Shown here: piece after piece, positions 1 through 8,165 of the stretch
Layout of the letters: every line of letters starts with the position of its first letter
Numbering within the stretch: the stretch's first letter is position 1
The notes under the pieces: model-generated
Databases searched by the model: none
What the model was told of the DNA's origin: nothing
What the model saw: only the letters and a program-made list of their open reading frames with translations
Translations under genes and position numbers: made by a program
IMG/VR virus record: IMGVR_UViG_2645727901_000008
DNA length: 64,000 nt
DNA from: a virus
Lineage: Duplodnaviria; Heunggongvirae; Uroviricota; Caudoviricetes
Strand: one strand, 5' to 3'

Positions 1-321
1 TTCTATCTCCGGTTCCGCGCTCGCGTAATCACGGATCTTGTTCCTCAGCCATGCCACATCAGGAAGAGTTAACGTGGTCCCGGCGGGCATTTCTTCCATT
101 TCTGACTCATGGCCCACCAGCACCCGGAATACCCAGCGCAAATCTGCATTGCCATACGCCCTGTAGGCTGCAAGGTCTGAACGATATACTTCATCAATCT
201 TTATCGTGTACTGGAAATTATCAGAGTGATACTCCGATACCCGCTTAATCATTTCCTGGTGAAACAGCGCACGAAAAATATCGTCTTCAATGTACCTATC
301 GTCGAGTCTGCTATAGCCCAT
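1..321 (-). CDS. hypothetical phage protein, N-terminal part only (gene runs off the window start)
   Basis: Minus-strand frame opens with ATG near 321 (MGYSRLDDRYIEDDIFRALFHQEMIK...) and has no stop before position 1; GAGAGG-like RBS upstream. Absent from ORF track because truncated by the window edge. Confidence 0.45.
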   Translation of the reverse strand, partial: MGYSRLDDRYIEDDIFRALFHQEMIKRVSEYHSDNFQYTIKIDEVYRSDLAAYRAYGNADLRWVFRVLVGHESEMEEMPAGTTLTLPDVAWLRNKIRDYASAEPEIE

Positions 322-514
322 AACAAAGCCTCTCAGTCATAACATGGGGGAAACTGTATGCAGGGTGTGAAATGCGAGAAACAGACAGGCCACCAGTTCA
401 GGGGGATGTGGTTCATAAATCCCCTCACTGGTGACAAGTGACTTTCATTAATCTTTATGCGGGGGCCAGCTTCATTTGCTGGCATTAGATTAAAAATTAA
501 ACGGAGTGAATGAC

Positions 515-649
515 ATGGATGTTATTCTAGAATTGTTAAAGCTTATTGATCTGTTTATGAACGCCTCATTGACCACTCAAATACTGGCGTCAATATTTTT
601 GTTACTCTTCTACCTGGTATTGAGGGAGTTAACAAAGCTACTAATGTGA
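515..649 (+). CDS. small hydrophobic protein (44 aa, one predicted TM helix)
   Basis: ATG preceded by GGAG; product MDVILELLKLIDLFMNASLTTQILASIFLLLFYLVLRELTKLLM; below track size cutoff. Confidence 0.25.
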   Translation: MDVILELLKLIDLFMNASLTTQILASIFLLLFYLVLRELTKLLM

Positions 650-1303
650 TCAAAGTATCACGGTATCTTCATCAACTTCTTTCCCAGCCAGTGACTTTGG
701 CTGGGAGGTGCCTGCTTTAACTTTTTCATGCCCAATAATGGAAAGGAACGAAGCGAGTATGCCTGTTTTTTGCTCTTTCTCGACTGTACCGGTCATCTGC
801 TCTACATAATCTGCACTGGCAACGTTGTGGTATACGGTCGCGTAGCAACACAGGATCATCAGAATATGCTCCGGCCTGATATCCTGCCAGTTCACCCTGT
901 AGACTTCTTCTCCGTTACCGTTGTATTCGGTATCAACGATAGAGTCGGGGATTTCGAAAGCACCTTTGTTATTTTGCGGCAGGGATAATAGTTTCTGGAG
1001 TTTTAACTCTCTGTATCTTTCCATCCCGACGATGATTGCTGCTCTTCCATCGGCATGACGGGTCTTGAGAGTCACCTGACTTGCTCCGGTGCCAGCGGAG
1101 ATCGTTGGCGTAATTTCGTCTACCAGTACCTTAAATTTGCTTTTCCGCAGGGCTGCTATAGCTGGAGGAATTTTTTGCTTTTGCTCCAATGCTGACGCGG
1201 GAAGGGGTTTTACTTCGTTAATAATGAGAGCACCGTCTTTCAGTATTGCAGTGAGCATTTGAGGCTTGCTGGTGGTCAGGCTGAATATTGCGATCTTTTC
1301 CAT
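650..1303 (-). CDS. hypothetical phage protein
   Basis: Track ORF 650..1345; start moved to MEKIAIF, which has a GGAGGAAGG RBS. The longer N-terminus would overlap a hairpin-terminator. Confidence 0.6.
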   Translation of the reverse strand: MEKIAIFSLTTSKPQMLTAILKDGALIINEVKPLPASALEQKQKIPPAIAALRKSKFKVLVDEITPTISAGTGASQVTLKTRHADGRAAIIVGMERYRELKLQKLLSLPQNNKGAFEIPDSIVDTEYNGNGEEVYRVNWQDIRPEHILMILCCYATVYHNVASADYVEQMTGTVEKEQKTGILASFLSIIGHEKVKAGTSQPKSLAGKEVDEDTVIL

Positions 1304-1330
1304 TGTCCTTCCTCCACGGATGACGGATAC

Positions 1331-1362
1331 AAAAAAAGGCCGCACATGGCGGCCTGCTTTGG
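1331..1362 (-). terminator. rho-independent terminator-like hairpin
   Basis: AGGCCGC-ACAT-GCGGCCT stem-loop followed on the minus strand by a run of 7 T. Confidence 0.45.
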
Positions 1363-1446
1363 CGTTATGACTCCCTACCGCGCTTCGGCTGAAAGTTAAT
1401 CGTCAAAAGAACCTTCAACGGGAGCCGTTAGCGCGATGGATTATGT

Positions 1447-1461
1447 GCAGTTTGTGATTTC
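1447..1461 (-). promoter_or_regulatory. candidate late-promoter element GGAAATCACAAACTG (copy 1) followed by CATAAT
   Basis: The 15-mer is identical to the copy at about 60724-60738 and one mismatch from the copy at about 55021-55038; each is followed within 3 nt by a -10-like hexamer. Confidence 0.35.
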
Positions 1462-1571
1462 CAAAATAGTGTCAACCACTTTTTGTGGATTTTATTTTTT
1501 GACCGAAATTTGGCCTAAATCATGTTGATGTAGTTAATTGTTTTTATAACATAAAACTTCATTTTGTTTAC

Positions 1572-2195
1572 ATGAAGGATGGTGTAGTGAAGTTAAGGGT
1601 TTTAGGGGCCGCGCTCGCGGCTATGTTGGGATGCGTATCTGCTAATACTGCCAATGCAACTGCGTTACCTGCACAATTCAGGGCAGGGCAGCAGGTTATG
1701 AATAATGCTGGTGGGGATCATTCACAAGCGGCCATTATGGACTTTTGCAAGAGGGAGGGCATTCCATTACGGCCTGTTGGAACTCAGTTTATTGGTAAAA
1801 CTGACTTTTGCGTTTTTGCATATACAGCATATCTGACGGACAAAGCTATAACAAAAACAGGTTATTCAACCAAAGATACTCTTTCCAGATTAAGTCAGGG
1901 ATGGCAGCAATTCGAAGTGTATCGCCAGCAAGGATTAGGTGAGTTATTGCAACCACTTTTTATGCTTGCGTTGGTGCCCGAGGGGCAGCAATTTTTGGTT
2001 AAAAAGGGAATGCTTCGCCAAAGTGATATTGCCGGGTTCGATAGCATGATGGCTTATGAGCGCAAACTAACCGAGCAGCGAAATAAAAAACCATCTGCTT
2101 CATGTGTGCAAAGTAAAACAGCAGAATACAGTGCAGTAGCCGGGCCTTTAGCCAAACAAATGGCAGAGCAATGGTGTAAAAAATACGGGCAATAA
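1572..2195 (+). CDS. secreted protein or lipoprotein, unknown function
   Basis: N-terminal signal peptide with MLGC lipobox-like motif (LGAALAAMLGCVSANTANA); RBS-like AGGATGG upstream. Confidence 0.6.
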   Translation: MKDGVVKLRVLGAALAAMLGCVSANTANATALPAQFRAGQQVMNNAGGDHSQAAIMDFCKREGIPLRPVGTQFIGKTDFCVFAYTAYLTDKAITKTGYSTKDTLSRLSQGWQQFEVYRQQGLGELLQPLFMLALVPEGQQFLVKKGMLRQSDIAGFDSMMAYERKLTEQRNKKPSASCVQSKTAEYSAVAGPLAKQMAEQWCKKYGQ

Positions 2196-2215
2196 GTTAC
2201 GCAGCGGAGGCAGAA

Positions 2216-2608
2216 TTGAAAAGATTGACTATTGCTTTACTGGCGTCTTTCCCTTTGATCGCGAGCGCCGGAAATTTACAAGTTAAGTGCGGTCGGTTTG
2301 ATATAAAAATCTATCCAGATGCCATATTTCTGAATGGGAATAAGGTTGATAACGTACACCGAAAAACTAAATCTGACGTAATGAGCTATGTGTTCCAGGA
2401 GTATGCGGAGATGGGGGGAACTTACACGCTGTACTCGCTGGATGTTCCTTCTCGCGGTGATATGACATTATCCCATCAATGGCAGAACGCCGATGGCGAA
2501 GCTCTGCGCGAAGTTAAAACAGAAAAATGCGGCACTTTCCATTCTTTTAAAGGGAAAGTGCCAAATGTTAAATCTGTGCTTGAAAAACAGCGCGCAGGTG
2601 ATTTTTAA
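2216..2608 (+). CDS. secreted protein, unknown function
   Basis: Signal peptide MKRLTIALLASFPLIASA; GGAGG RBS 7 nt upstream; 20 nt after the previous gene. Confidence 0.65.
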   Translation: MKRLTIALLASFPLIASAGNLQVKCGRFDIKIYPDAIFLNGNKVDNVHRKTKSDVMSYVFQEYAEMGGTYTLYSLDVPSRGDMTLSHQWQNADGEALREVKTEKCGTFHSFKGKVPNVKSVLEKQRAGDF

Positions 2609-2629
2609 ACTGCGTTAGCACTTTGAACA

Positions 2630-2680
2630 TGGCGACAACACATCTTGGTGGCTGCGTTGTCGCTGTATGTTTTTATAATA
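2630..2680 (+). terminator. terminator-like hairpin after the two secreted-protein genes
   Basis: GCGACAAC...GTTGTCGC stem followed by TGTATGTTTTTATAAT. Confidence 0.4.
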
Positions 2681-2696
2681 TAAAGCATTAAAGTTT

Positions 2697-3314
2697 TCAT
2701 TTTTGTCGGATCTTTTCCAGCATATTTAATTCATTATCACTTTCTGCTGCTGAGACGGTTGGCCTCACATTTCCGAAATATTTCCTGTGAGACTCATGAC
2801 TTATGTATTCACCGACAGTTTCATTCTTGAATATACGAATTTGACATATGCGAGATCCAACAATAAGTTCTACAGGGCTATTCCCATGATTAAATAACTC
2901 TAAAGATATACAGCCTCTGTACCCTGGTTGTATCATGGTATTTAATGAAAGACCAAGCCTTGTATAGCTGCTTCTGGACAATACATCAGCGTAGCAATCT
3001 GGTGGCAAACAAACATATTCTAATGTTGTTGCCAGTACCACTTGATTCGGGTAAACAATGAATCTATCCCCAAGATCTCTCCTTGTTTCCTGGAAAAATG
3101 TTCTGATTGGTTGATGAGTATCATTGTTTTTTGATGGAATTAACTCTATTGACGGCTTCCTTGTCATAATAGACACTAAAAAATCGTAACCAAGTCTAAG
3201 GTCTATGGTGAAGTTCCCAATTTGGTTTTTATTTAGAAGAGGTTCAATGAACAACGACTCAGGTTCTTCTGATTCATAATATTGCAGCAATTCAGCTTTG
3301 CTTAGGAGATTCAT
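2697..3314 (-). CDS. Dcd-type dCTP deaminase / dUTPase-fold protein (gene C of three-gene operon)
   Basis: Aligns by eye to E. coli Dcd across its conserved blocks: IDLRLG, SRSSYTRLGL (Ser/Arg motif), PGYRGCISLELFNHG (catalytic Glu context). Start ATG overlaps the stop of the upstream gene (ATGA); GGAG RBS. Confidence 0.85.
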   Translation of the reverse strand: MNLLSKAELLQYYESEEPESLFIEPLLNKNQIGNFTIDLRLGYDFLVSIMTRKPSIELIPSKNNDTHQPIRTFFQETRRDLGDRFIVYPNQVVLATTLEYVCLPPDCYADVLSRSSYTRLGLSLNTMIQPGYRGCISLELFNHGNSPVELIVGSRICQIRIFKNETVGEYISHESHRKYFGNVRPTVSAAESDNELNMLEKIRQK

Positions 3315-4384
3315 TGTGCACTCCATTTTTCAAGAATCATTACGTTTCGAATCGATTTTTCAACCAAATCATTTATAGTTTTTTCTATGGCTTCTTGTGA
3401 CAACCCAGACCATATACCCGTAGGTTTTTCCCATTCAGAGCATAAGTACTGCCAGCTGCTGTTAATAAAAGCATGCATTTCATTGTGGTCGCGAATAACA
3501 AAAGGACGCACATTATCAAAAGCTGATTTCACATCAAGCAAAGGTGTCGGCAATGTCAAACAAGGAGAAATAATCTGCCCACCATTATGTAAGGCTGATA
3601 TCACAGCATTGAACATGCCAACAACTGGATTTTCCACTTTGTTCAAAAAGTCGCTTACAATTTTAACTCTATCTTCTGTGGATGGGTGAGTATAGCTTGC
3701 AGGATGAGAGCCAGCTAATTTGTATAAGAAATCTACCCCACTTTTTCCAATAAATTGGGCACTAAATAGATCTGCAAAATATTCTCTGCAATGATTTATC
3801 CAAATAACATCAGGTAGATTACTCCATTCTGGTCCAGGAAGTGTGCCTTTGTCCTTGGAACGATAGTTAAGACAGGCAAGCTCAGAAATACCTTTGCTAA
3901 TATCAACGAAATGTCCCAATTCGTGATATAAAGGTATAGAGCATAATGGTCGTCTTCTGTACATTTCAGGTAATGAAATCTGAATTAATTCGACATCGAA
4001 TTTGACATTTAAAACTTCGTCAAATAAAGAATACAAATTCTTGTTTACAGACTTAAAATAAAACCCATGCATATCTGGAGATAGGGCTGTGGTTATAAGT
4101 GTTTTTTCACTTATCCATTTTTTACAGGCATCATTTAAGCAATAGACAATCTCGTAGGGAATTTTCTTTGTAGTACTGCCAGTGAAAAAATTAACTGCAT
4201 CGGTGATAAAAAAAGTACAATCCGCAATTATTTTATCAGCAACATTCACATGGTTTTCATAGAGCTTATCCACCGCTTCTTGTAGAACAGCAAGATATTC
4301 ATGCATGTCTTTAGAAAAATAGGGAGATTCTGATATCTCCCTTAGCTTATTTCGAACTAATGTAAGTTGTGTAAATGCAAGCAT
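3311..4384 (-). CDS. HExxH zinc metallopeptidase-like protein, ImmA/IrrE (M78)-like core (gene B)
   Basis: HELGH at residues 154-158 and downstream REYFADLFSAQF resembling the ImmA/IrrE E..AN.FA motif; N- and C-terminal regions have no recognisable domain. Start overlaps the upstream stop (TAATG). Confidence 0.8.
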   Translation of the reverse strand: MLAFTQLTLVRNKLREISESPYFSKDMHEYLAVLQEAVDKLYENHVNVADKIIADCTFFITDAVNFFTGSTTKKIPYEIVYCLNDACKKWISEKTLITTALSPDMHGFYFKSVNKNLYSLFDEVLNVKFDVELIQISLPEMYRRRPLCSIPLYHELGHFVDISKGISELACLNYRSKDKGTLPGPEWSNLPDVIWINHCREYFADLFSAQFIGKSGVDFLYKLAGSHPASYTHPSTEDRVKIVSDFLNKVENPVVGMFNAVISALHNGGQIISPCLTLPTPLLDVKSAFDNVRPFVIRDHNEMHAFINSSWQYLCSEWEKPTGIWSGLSQEAIEKTINDLVEKSIRNVMILEKWSAQ

Positions 4385-4689
4385 TAAATGTACTCTAATA
4401 CATTCCGGGCCATTACGGGTTCTAACATATCTTCGCTAGTTACTTTGGTTAGCACCTGGGCGAGCGCCTTAGTGTGGCGTATCTCTACCGCGAGCGAGAT
4501 GGACTCTCTGTGAGAAGGAATCTGTAATTGATCACCTTTATCTACACTTAAGTTTGAGGCTTCTCTGATCACCTCATAAACCCGTAACTTTAACTGCTGT
4601 GACACTTCTTGTTGAGATGCTATAAGCTGAAGTACAGTCTTGATCAACTTCAAAGAATCAGAAGCTTGCTGAGGAACCGCATAGAGCAT
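4384..4689 (-). CDS. small helical protein of unknown function (gene A, first in operon)
   Basis: 101 aa; strong AAGGAGG RBS 5 nt before the ATG; stop overlaps the start of gene B. Confidence 0.7.
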   Translation of the reverse strand: MLYAVPQQASDSLKLIKTVLQLIASQQEVSQQLKLRVYEVIREASNLSVDKGDQLQIPSHRESISLAVEIRHTKALAQVLTKVTSEDMLEPVMARNVLEYI

Positions 4690-4824
4690 AACCCCTCCTT
4701 TCCCTTATCTATAACCGCTTTCTTTTTTCTGTGTATGTTAAAAGTAGAAGCGGTTTTTACCTTTTGTAATATATATAGTGTCTAAAACTAACTTTGGCAC
4801 TATATATGGCATGATATCTATGTT

Positions 4825-4870
4825 TTAAAGACACAAAAGCTCTGTTAAAACAGAGCTTTTGTGTCTTTAA
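4825..4870. promoter_or_regulatory. perfect 22-bp inverted repeat (46-bp palindrome) in the operon's upstream region
   Basis: TTAAAGACACAAAAGCTCTGTT-AA-AACAGAGCTTTTGTGTCTTTAA, about 140-180 nt upstream of gene A; a second 10-bp inverted repeat (ATATATAGTG/CACTATATAT) lies at about 4771-4808. Confidence 0.5.
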
Positions 4871-5014
4871 CTTGATCATTTTCTCGCTGAAGTGTATGTC
4901 AGGCTTAGCTCATAATCAAGTTGCTTCCAAGCTAAAAATGAGCTAGCTCCCTGAAACACTAAGAGCGGGGTGTTTCATTTATTAGCGTTGGGCCTGACGG
5001 TGTGTAGGTGAATT

Positions 5015-5302
5015 TTAGCTCATTACTCGATAACGACGGGGAATGGAATTCTCCATCAGGCCACGAATTACTCCCGCCTCACGTAGTTCCTCTGTCTCCC
5101 AGTATCTGTTTGTCACCAGATCGAGGCTGGCTATGACCTTGTGCCGGTCATTCGGCATAGCTAATTTTTCTGCTATAACCATCAGTGAAAACTCTTCATC
5201 CAGTAGAATTTGATAGCAGTTTTTTGATAGTTCCACTTCCCTTATGAGACTGAAACGTCGCTGGATTGTGGCAGTAGAGTAAGTGAAATCTATTTTCTTC
5301 AT
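5015..5302 (-). CDS. hypothetical protein
   Basis: 95-aa ORF downstream of the Rha-like gene, same strand. Confidence 0.5.
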   Translation of the reverse strand: MKKIDFTYSTATIQRRFSLIREVELSKNCYQILLDEEFSLMVIAEKLAMPNDRHKVIASLDLVTNRYWETEELREAGVIRGLMENSIPRRYRVMS

Positions 5303-5361
5303 CGTGCGGAGAATCCGATTATTTAGCAGTTAAAGCCCCGGACAGGCCGGGGCAACAGTAA

Positions 5362-6288
5362 TTAACTAACAATCCAGTCCATAGCAACCATATCCTCTGG
5401 CGCTAAATCAATAGCATGGATTTTCCCATCCCGGATAGTGCGCCAGTGCTTCCTTGATCCGCCTTCGGGCCATACCCATACACCTTCAGACCATGAGGCG
5501 CGACGGCATACCGTTGCATATCCACTTCTGATCTTCTCTCTGGCGGTATGCAGTGACAGATTATCTTTTGGGATTTCCGGTAAAGGATGATGGATTGCCT
5601 GAAACAGCCCCATCTTGGGATGATACCAGCGTTTGTTGCGTGGTTCTGCCTCCGACATAACCTGCTTGAAGGCTTTCTGGAAGGGGGCCAGGGCCACAAT
5701 GGAGCGTCGCGCAAGCAAACCATCTGGAGTTAAAAACTCATGCGTATCGGTGGGAATCCGGAAAGCGTTAACCAGGTTGCGACATTTGGCTTCGGTCAGG
5801 CCACATTTCGCCGCCAGCTGGCGGTAGCCAATGTAGCCTTCCGGAATATTGCCTTTCTTTATTTGCTCGAGTGTTTCAGCGACCATCGATACTTGTGCTG
5901 ATACCTCGGCTACCTGGGCATTTACGGCGTTGATCCGGCGTTCATGCTCAAGATGCATTTGCGCCATTTCAGCCAGGATTTCGGCTTTTGATTTTAACTG
6001 TACCCGGGCATTCTCCAGTTCGCGCCAGCGGTCCACCAGCCGGGCGGTGAATTCGGGAGAGAGCTGCGCGACGACGACAATACTATCGCGCTTGCCTTGC
6101 TCGCCTTCGAAGACGTAATAGCTCGCCGGGCGGCCTGCGGTGGGCTTTTCCTCAATTTGAGGAAAAGATATTACGCCCCGTTCCGCCAGGTGTTCAATGG
6201 TGCGTTTAACGTTATCAGGGCGCTTACCTACCAGTTCCGCGATCTCAATGCTGGTCATTGTCGCTTTTTGAGAGATGGACAGATTCAT
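5362..6288 (-). CDS. Rha-family phage regulatory protein (antirepressor-like) fused in frame to a C-terminal DUF2829-like module
   Basis: N-terminal region matches the Rha-like protein at 43508..44215 (SIEIAELVGKR..DNVKRTIE, VFEGEQGKRDSI, YRIPTDTHEFLTP). The last ~70 aa match the separate 66-aa gene at 43311..43511 (CRR.SW..GVW.WP...DW). Confidence 0.8.
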   Translation of the reverse strand: MNLSISQKATMTSIEIAELVGKRPDNVKRTIEHLAERGVISFPQIEEKPTAGRPASYYVFEGEQGKRDSIVVVAQLSPEFTARLVDRWRELENARVQLKSKAEILAEMAQMHLEHERRINAVNAQVAEVSAQVSMVAETLEQIKKGNIPEGYIGYRQLAAKCGLTEAKCRNLVNAFRIPTDTHEFLTPDGLLARRSIVALAPFQKAFKQVMSEAEPRNKRWYHPKMGLFQAIHHPLPEIPKDNLSLHTAREKIRSGYATVCRRASWSEGVWVWPEGGSRKHWRTIRDGKIHAIDLAPEDMVAMDWIVS

Positions 6289-6503
6289 CAGTGCGCCTCC
6301 ACGCAGTTCATCGGCAGATTCCAGTAATTGAGGATCTCCATCGCATCAAGAGTGAAGCGAGCAGCAAAAATGCAGGGTTCTTCGGGAAGGTATGAGCGCG
6401 CCTCTGCTTCGGTAGCAGCCATGACGCAGATATACAGGTGTTTTTGGCAGGAATAGAAACGCCAGATAAATTCAGAATGAGTTGGGGTAGGGATAGTAGC
6501 CAT
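6288..6503 (-). CDS. small Icd-like protein upstream of the Rha-like gene
   Basis: 71 aa; paralog of 44215..44439 (shared EFIWRF.S.QKH and AATE.EARS); AAGGAGG RBS; stop overlaps Rha start. Confidence 0.6.
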   Translation of the reverse strand: MATIPTPTHSEFIWRFYSCQKHLYICVMAATEAEARSYLPEEPCIFAARFTLDAMEILNYWNLPMNCVEAH

Positions 6504-6700
6504 ATTGGCAGCCTCCTTTGACTAAGTTAAGGAGCTACCGCGTGAGGTTCCAATCTCAATGGCGGTAGCACTGACTGGGTTGGAACTACCGGCGTCAAAG
6601 GGAACCGGCCTGCCTTTCGGCAGCCCAGCCAGCACTACCATTGATCTCTGAGCTAAACGCTACGTATGGCTGTGCGATGGCATGACACAAAAAAAGACGC
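6504..6700 (-). ncRNA. candidate c4-like antisense/leader RNA region upstream of icd-like gene (copy 1)
   Basis: Minus-strand RNA contains CCCUUUGAC (about 6594-6602) complementary to GUCAAAGGAGG covering the icd-like SD (about 6512-6522); also a UAGCUCAG tRNA-like stretch. Confidence 0.3.
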
Positions 6701-6754
6701 TTTCGGCGTCTGTGTCGCCTTTGACATTATCCGGGGTTCCAATCCCGGCACCCG

Positions 6755-6777
6755 TTTTTCTAAGGTGCCGTAGAAAT
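6755..6777. promoter_or_regulatory. TTTCTA-N8-TAGAAA palindromic operator-like element upstream of immI-like copy 1
   Basis: cgTTTTTCTAAggtgccgTAGAAATAtacc; a related inverted arrangement sits upstream of copy 2 at about 44770-44800. Confidence 0.35.
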
Positions 6778-6815
6778 ATACCCCACGATAATGCCAGGGC
6801 GCAACAGTCAGTATT

Positions 6816-6983
6816 TTATGCTTTGGCGGATTTCTTCCGGGCTTGCTTGCAGGCGTAGGCCATTGCTTTAGCTTTCACTTCATCCAGCTTCCCGGTGATC
6901 GCTTCTTTTCCGAGAGTGACAAACCAGTCATAGCAACCGCCAGTGATGTTCTGGATTTGAAAGTTGAGGTAGCGAACGGTCAT
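6816..6983 (-). CDS. small basic protein (55 aa), unknown function
   Basis: ATG preceded by GGGGG; product MTVRYLNFQIQNITGGCYDWFVTLGKEAITGKLDEVKAKAMAYACKQARKKSAKA; below track size cutoff. Confidence 0.3.
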   Translation of the reverse strand: MTVRYLNFQIQNITGGCYDWFVTLGKEAITGKLDEVKAKAMAYACKQARKKSAKA

Positions 6984-7302
6984 TTTGACACCCCCAGCGC
7001 GAGTAAAGAATGCAGATTATCGCGTGAGTGGCGGACAACGAGTGATGGGAAAAGACAGTAGCTGTTCATAGTGTAGTGACTCCTTGCTTTCGGAGCCGCC
7101 ATCGACTGTTCCACGGTCTGGTGGCGGCGCAATAAAGGCTGGAACACCGTGAGTCAACGGGGGCTTTTCAGCCACCTATATTGCACCGCCATAGGTATAG
7201 CGGCGGCAATAATACGAAAAACTAAACAGTTTGTCTCAAAAAGTTGACCGGTGTGCCAATCGGTAGTGAATGTACATCGGAGAAATTTACAATTCAACTT
7301 AA

Positions 7303-7320
7303 AATGTTAGAAAACTAATT
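7303..7320 (+). promoter_or_regulatory. operator-like motif copy (AATGTTAGAAAACTAATT)
   Basis: Member of the dispersed TGTTAGAAA(A/T)(C/T)TAATTT family; abuts the stop of 7315..7893. Confidence 0.4.
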
Positions 7321-7893
7321 TATCAATTCAATCGCCATCTGATACAACGTCATTTCATCGGCATTGTGCCGCATGAAATCTGCTTTTCCGCCTATTTTTC
7401 CGTCAGCATGAACAGGGACCAGCCAGGGATATTGTTCTCGGACCTCGGCTGGCGCTGCGTACTGGTGGTGCCATTTACACAAAGGGAGGACATATTTATG
7501 CGCGTTCTCTGCCGTTCTCCCGAAGATATGGTGCAGGGATACTACTGGGCTATGTTGTCCGTGAATATGGCAGGCAATGCAGGGGAGAGTACCGATAGCG
7601 GTCTGTATCCGGCGTTCATCAGCTGTGAGTGATCTGCCCTTCAGGCCGCGTGACGTGCGTGTTTTTTTGGGCGGAGCGGATACAGCTTTATCTTTTCTCC
7701 GCTGTTCATATTGCTTTGCTTTTTCAATTTTCTTTTGCCGATATTCAGGCGATGCGGCTTTTTCTCTCGCTCGCTGCTGCTGGCGTTGAGCTTGTTGAAG
7801 GCGCTTTGCCCTTTGTTCCTCTCGCCAGGCCGGGTCAGCCAATTTTTGCATGGCTTTTTGTCTCTGTTTCTCCCAATAGCTCTGTTTCTGCAT
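7315..7893 (-). CDS. zinc-finger (Cys/His-rich) phage protein with basic coiled N-terminus, HNH/DUF968-C-terminal-like
   Basis: CIACHIHG...SLHHIFGRT...PLCKWHH cluster resembles the C-terminal Cys/His cluster of 11350..12345; flanked on both sides by operator-like motifs in inverted orientation. Confidence 0.65.
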   Translation of the reverse strand: MQKQSYWEKQRQKAMQKLADPAWREEQRAKRLQQAQRQQQRAREKAASPEYRQKKIEKAKQYEQRRKDKAVSAPPKKTRTSRGLKGRSLTADERRIQTAIGTLPCIACHIHGQHSPVVSLHHIFGRTAENAHKYVLPLCKWHHQYAAPAEVREQYPWLVPVHADGKIGGKADFMRHNADEMTLYQMAIELIN

Positions 7894-7952
7894 GATGGCA
7901 GTCTCTTACTTTTCAATGATTTTTCTATGATTGATCAAAACTGTTAGATATT

Positions 7953-7972
7953 CAAAATTGATTTTCTAACAC
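7953..7972 (-). promoter_or_regulatory. operator-like motif copy (TGTGTTAGAAAATCAATT on minus strand) with partner half-site TGTTAGA at about 7942
   Basis: About 65 nt upstream of the 7893 start codon; GTTAGA-N16-TCTAAC inverted arrangement. Confidence 0.4.
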
Positions 7973-8165
7973 AAAACATTAATATCATTCCTGATAACTG
8001 TTTGGAGGACATGATGCTTATAGCTTTAAGTGCGATCCACCAGCCATCTGTGAATGAAATTGGCCTGTTCTATGTGTTGTTTTTCGGGGCGTTGGCGCTA
8101 CTTGAGCTTGGTATTGAGCTTTTCGCAGTGCTTATGTTTTGCGTCACGATTTTGGGGAAATTTTG

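Noticed and set aside
51-248. Plus-strand 65-aa ORF at the window start
   Set aside because: It is antisense to a better-supported minus-strand partial CDS (1..321) that has an RBS and a continuous frame.
2697-3314. Calling the Dcd-like protein a second dUTPase
   Set aside because: Its motifs follow Dcd (LELF catalytic-Glu context, SRSS Ser/Arg motif) rather than the five dUTPase motifs, which are present intact in the separate gene at 20859..21353.
7366-7947. Plus-strand ORFs overlapping the 7315..7893 gene (7366..7632, 7577..7789, 7629..7895, 7711..7947)
   Set aside because: They are embedded antisense or out of frame in a gene flanked by regulatory motifs, with no RBS.
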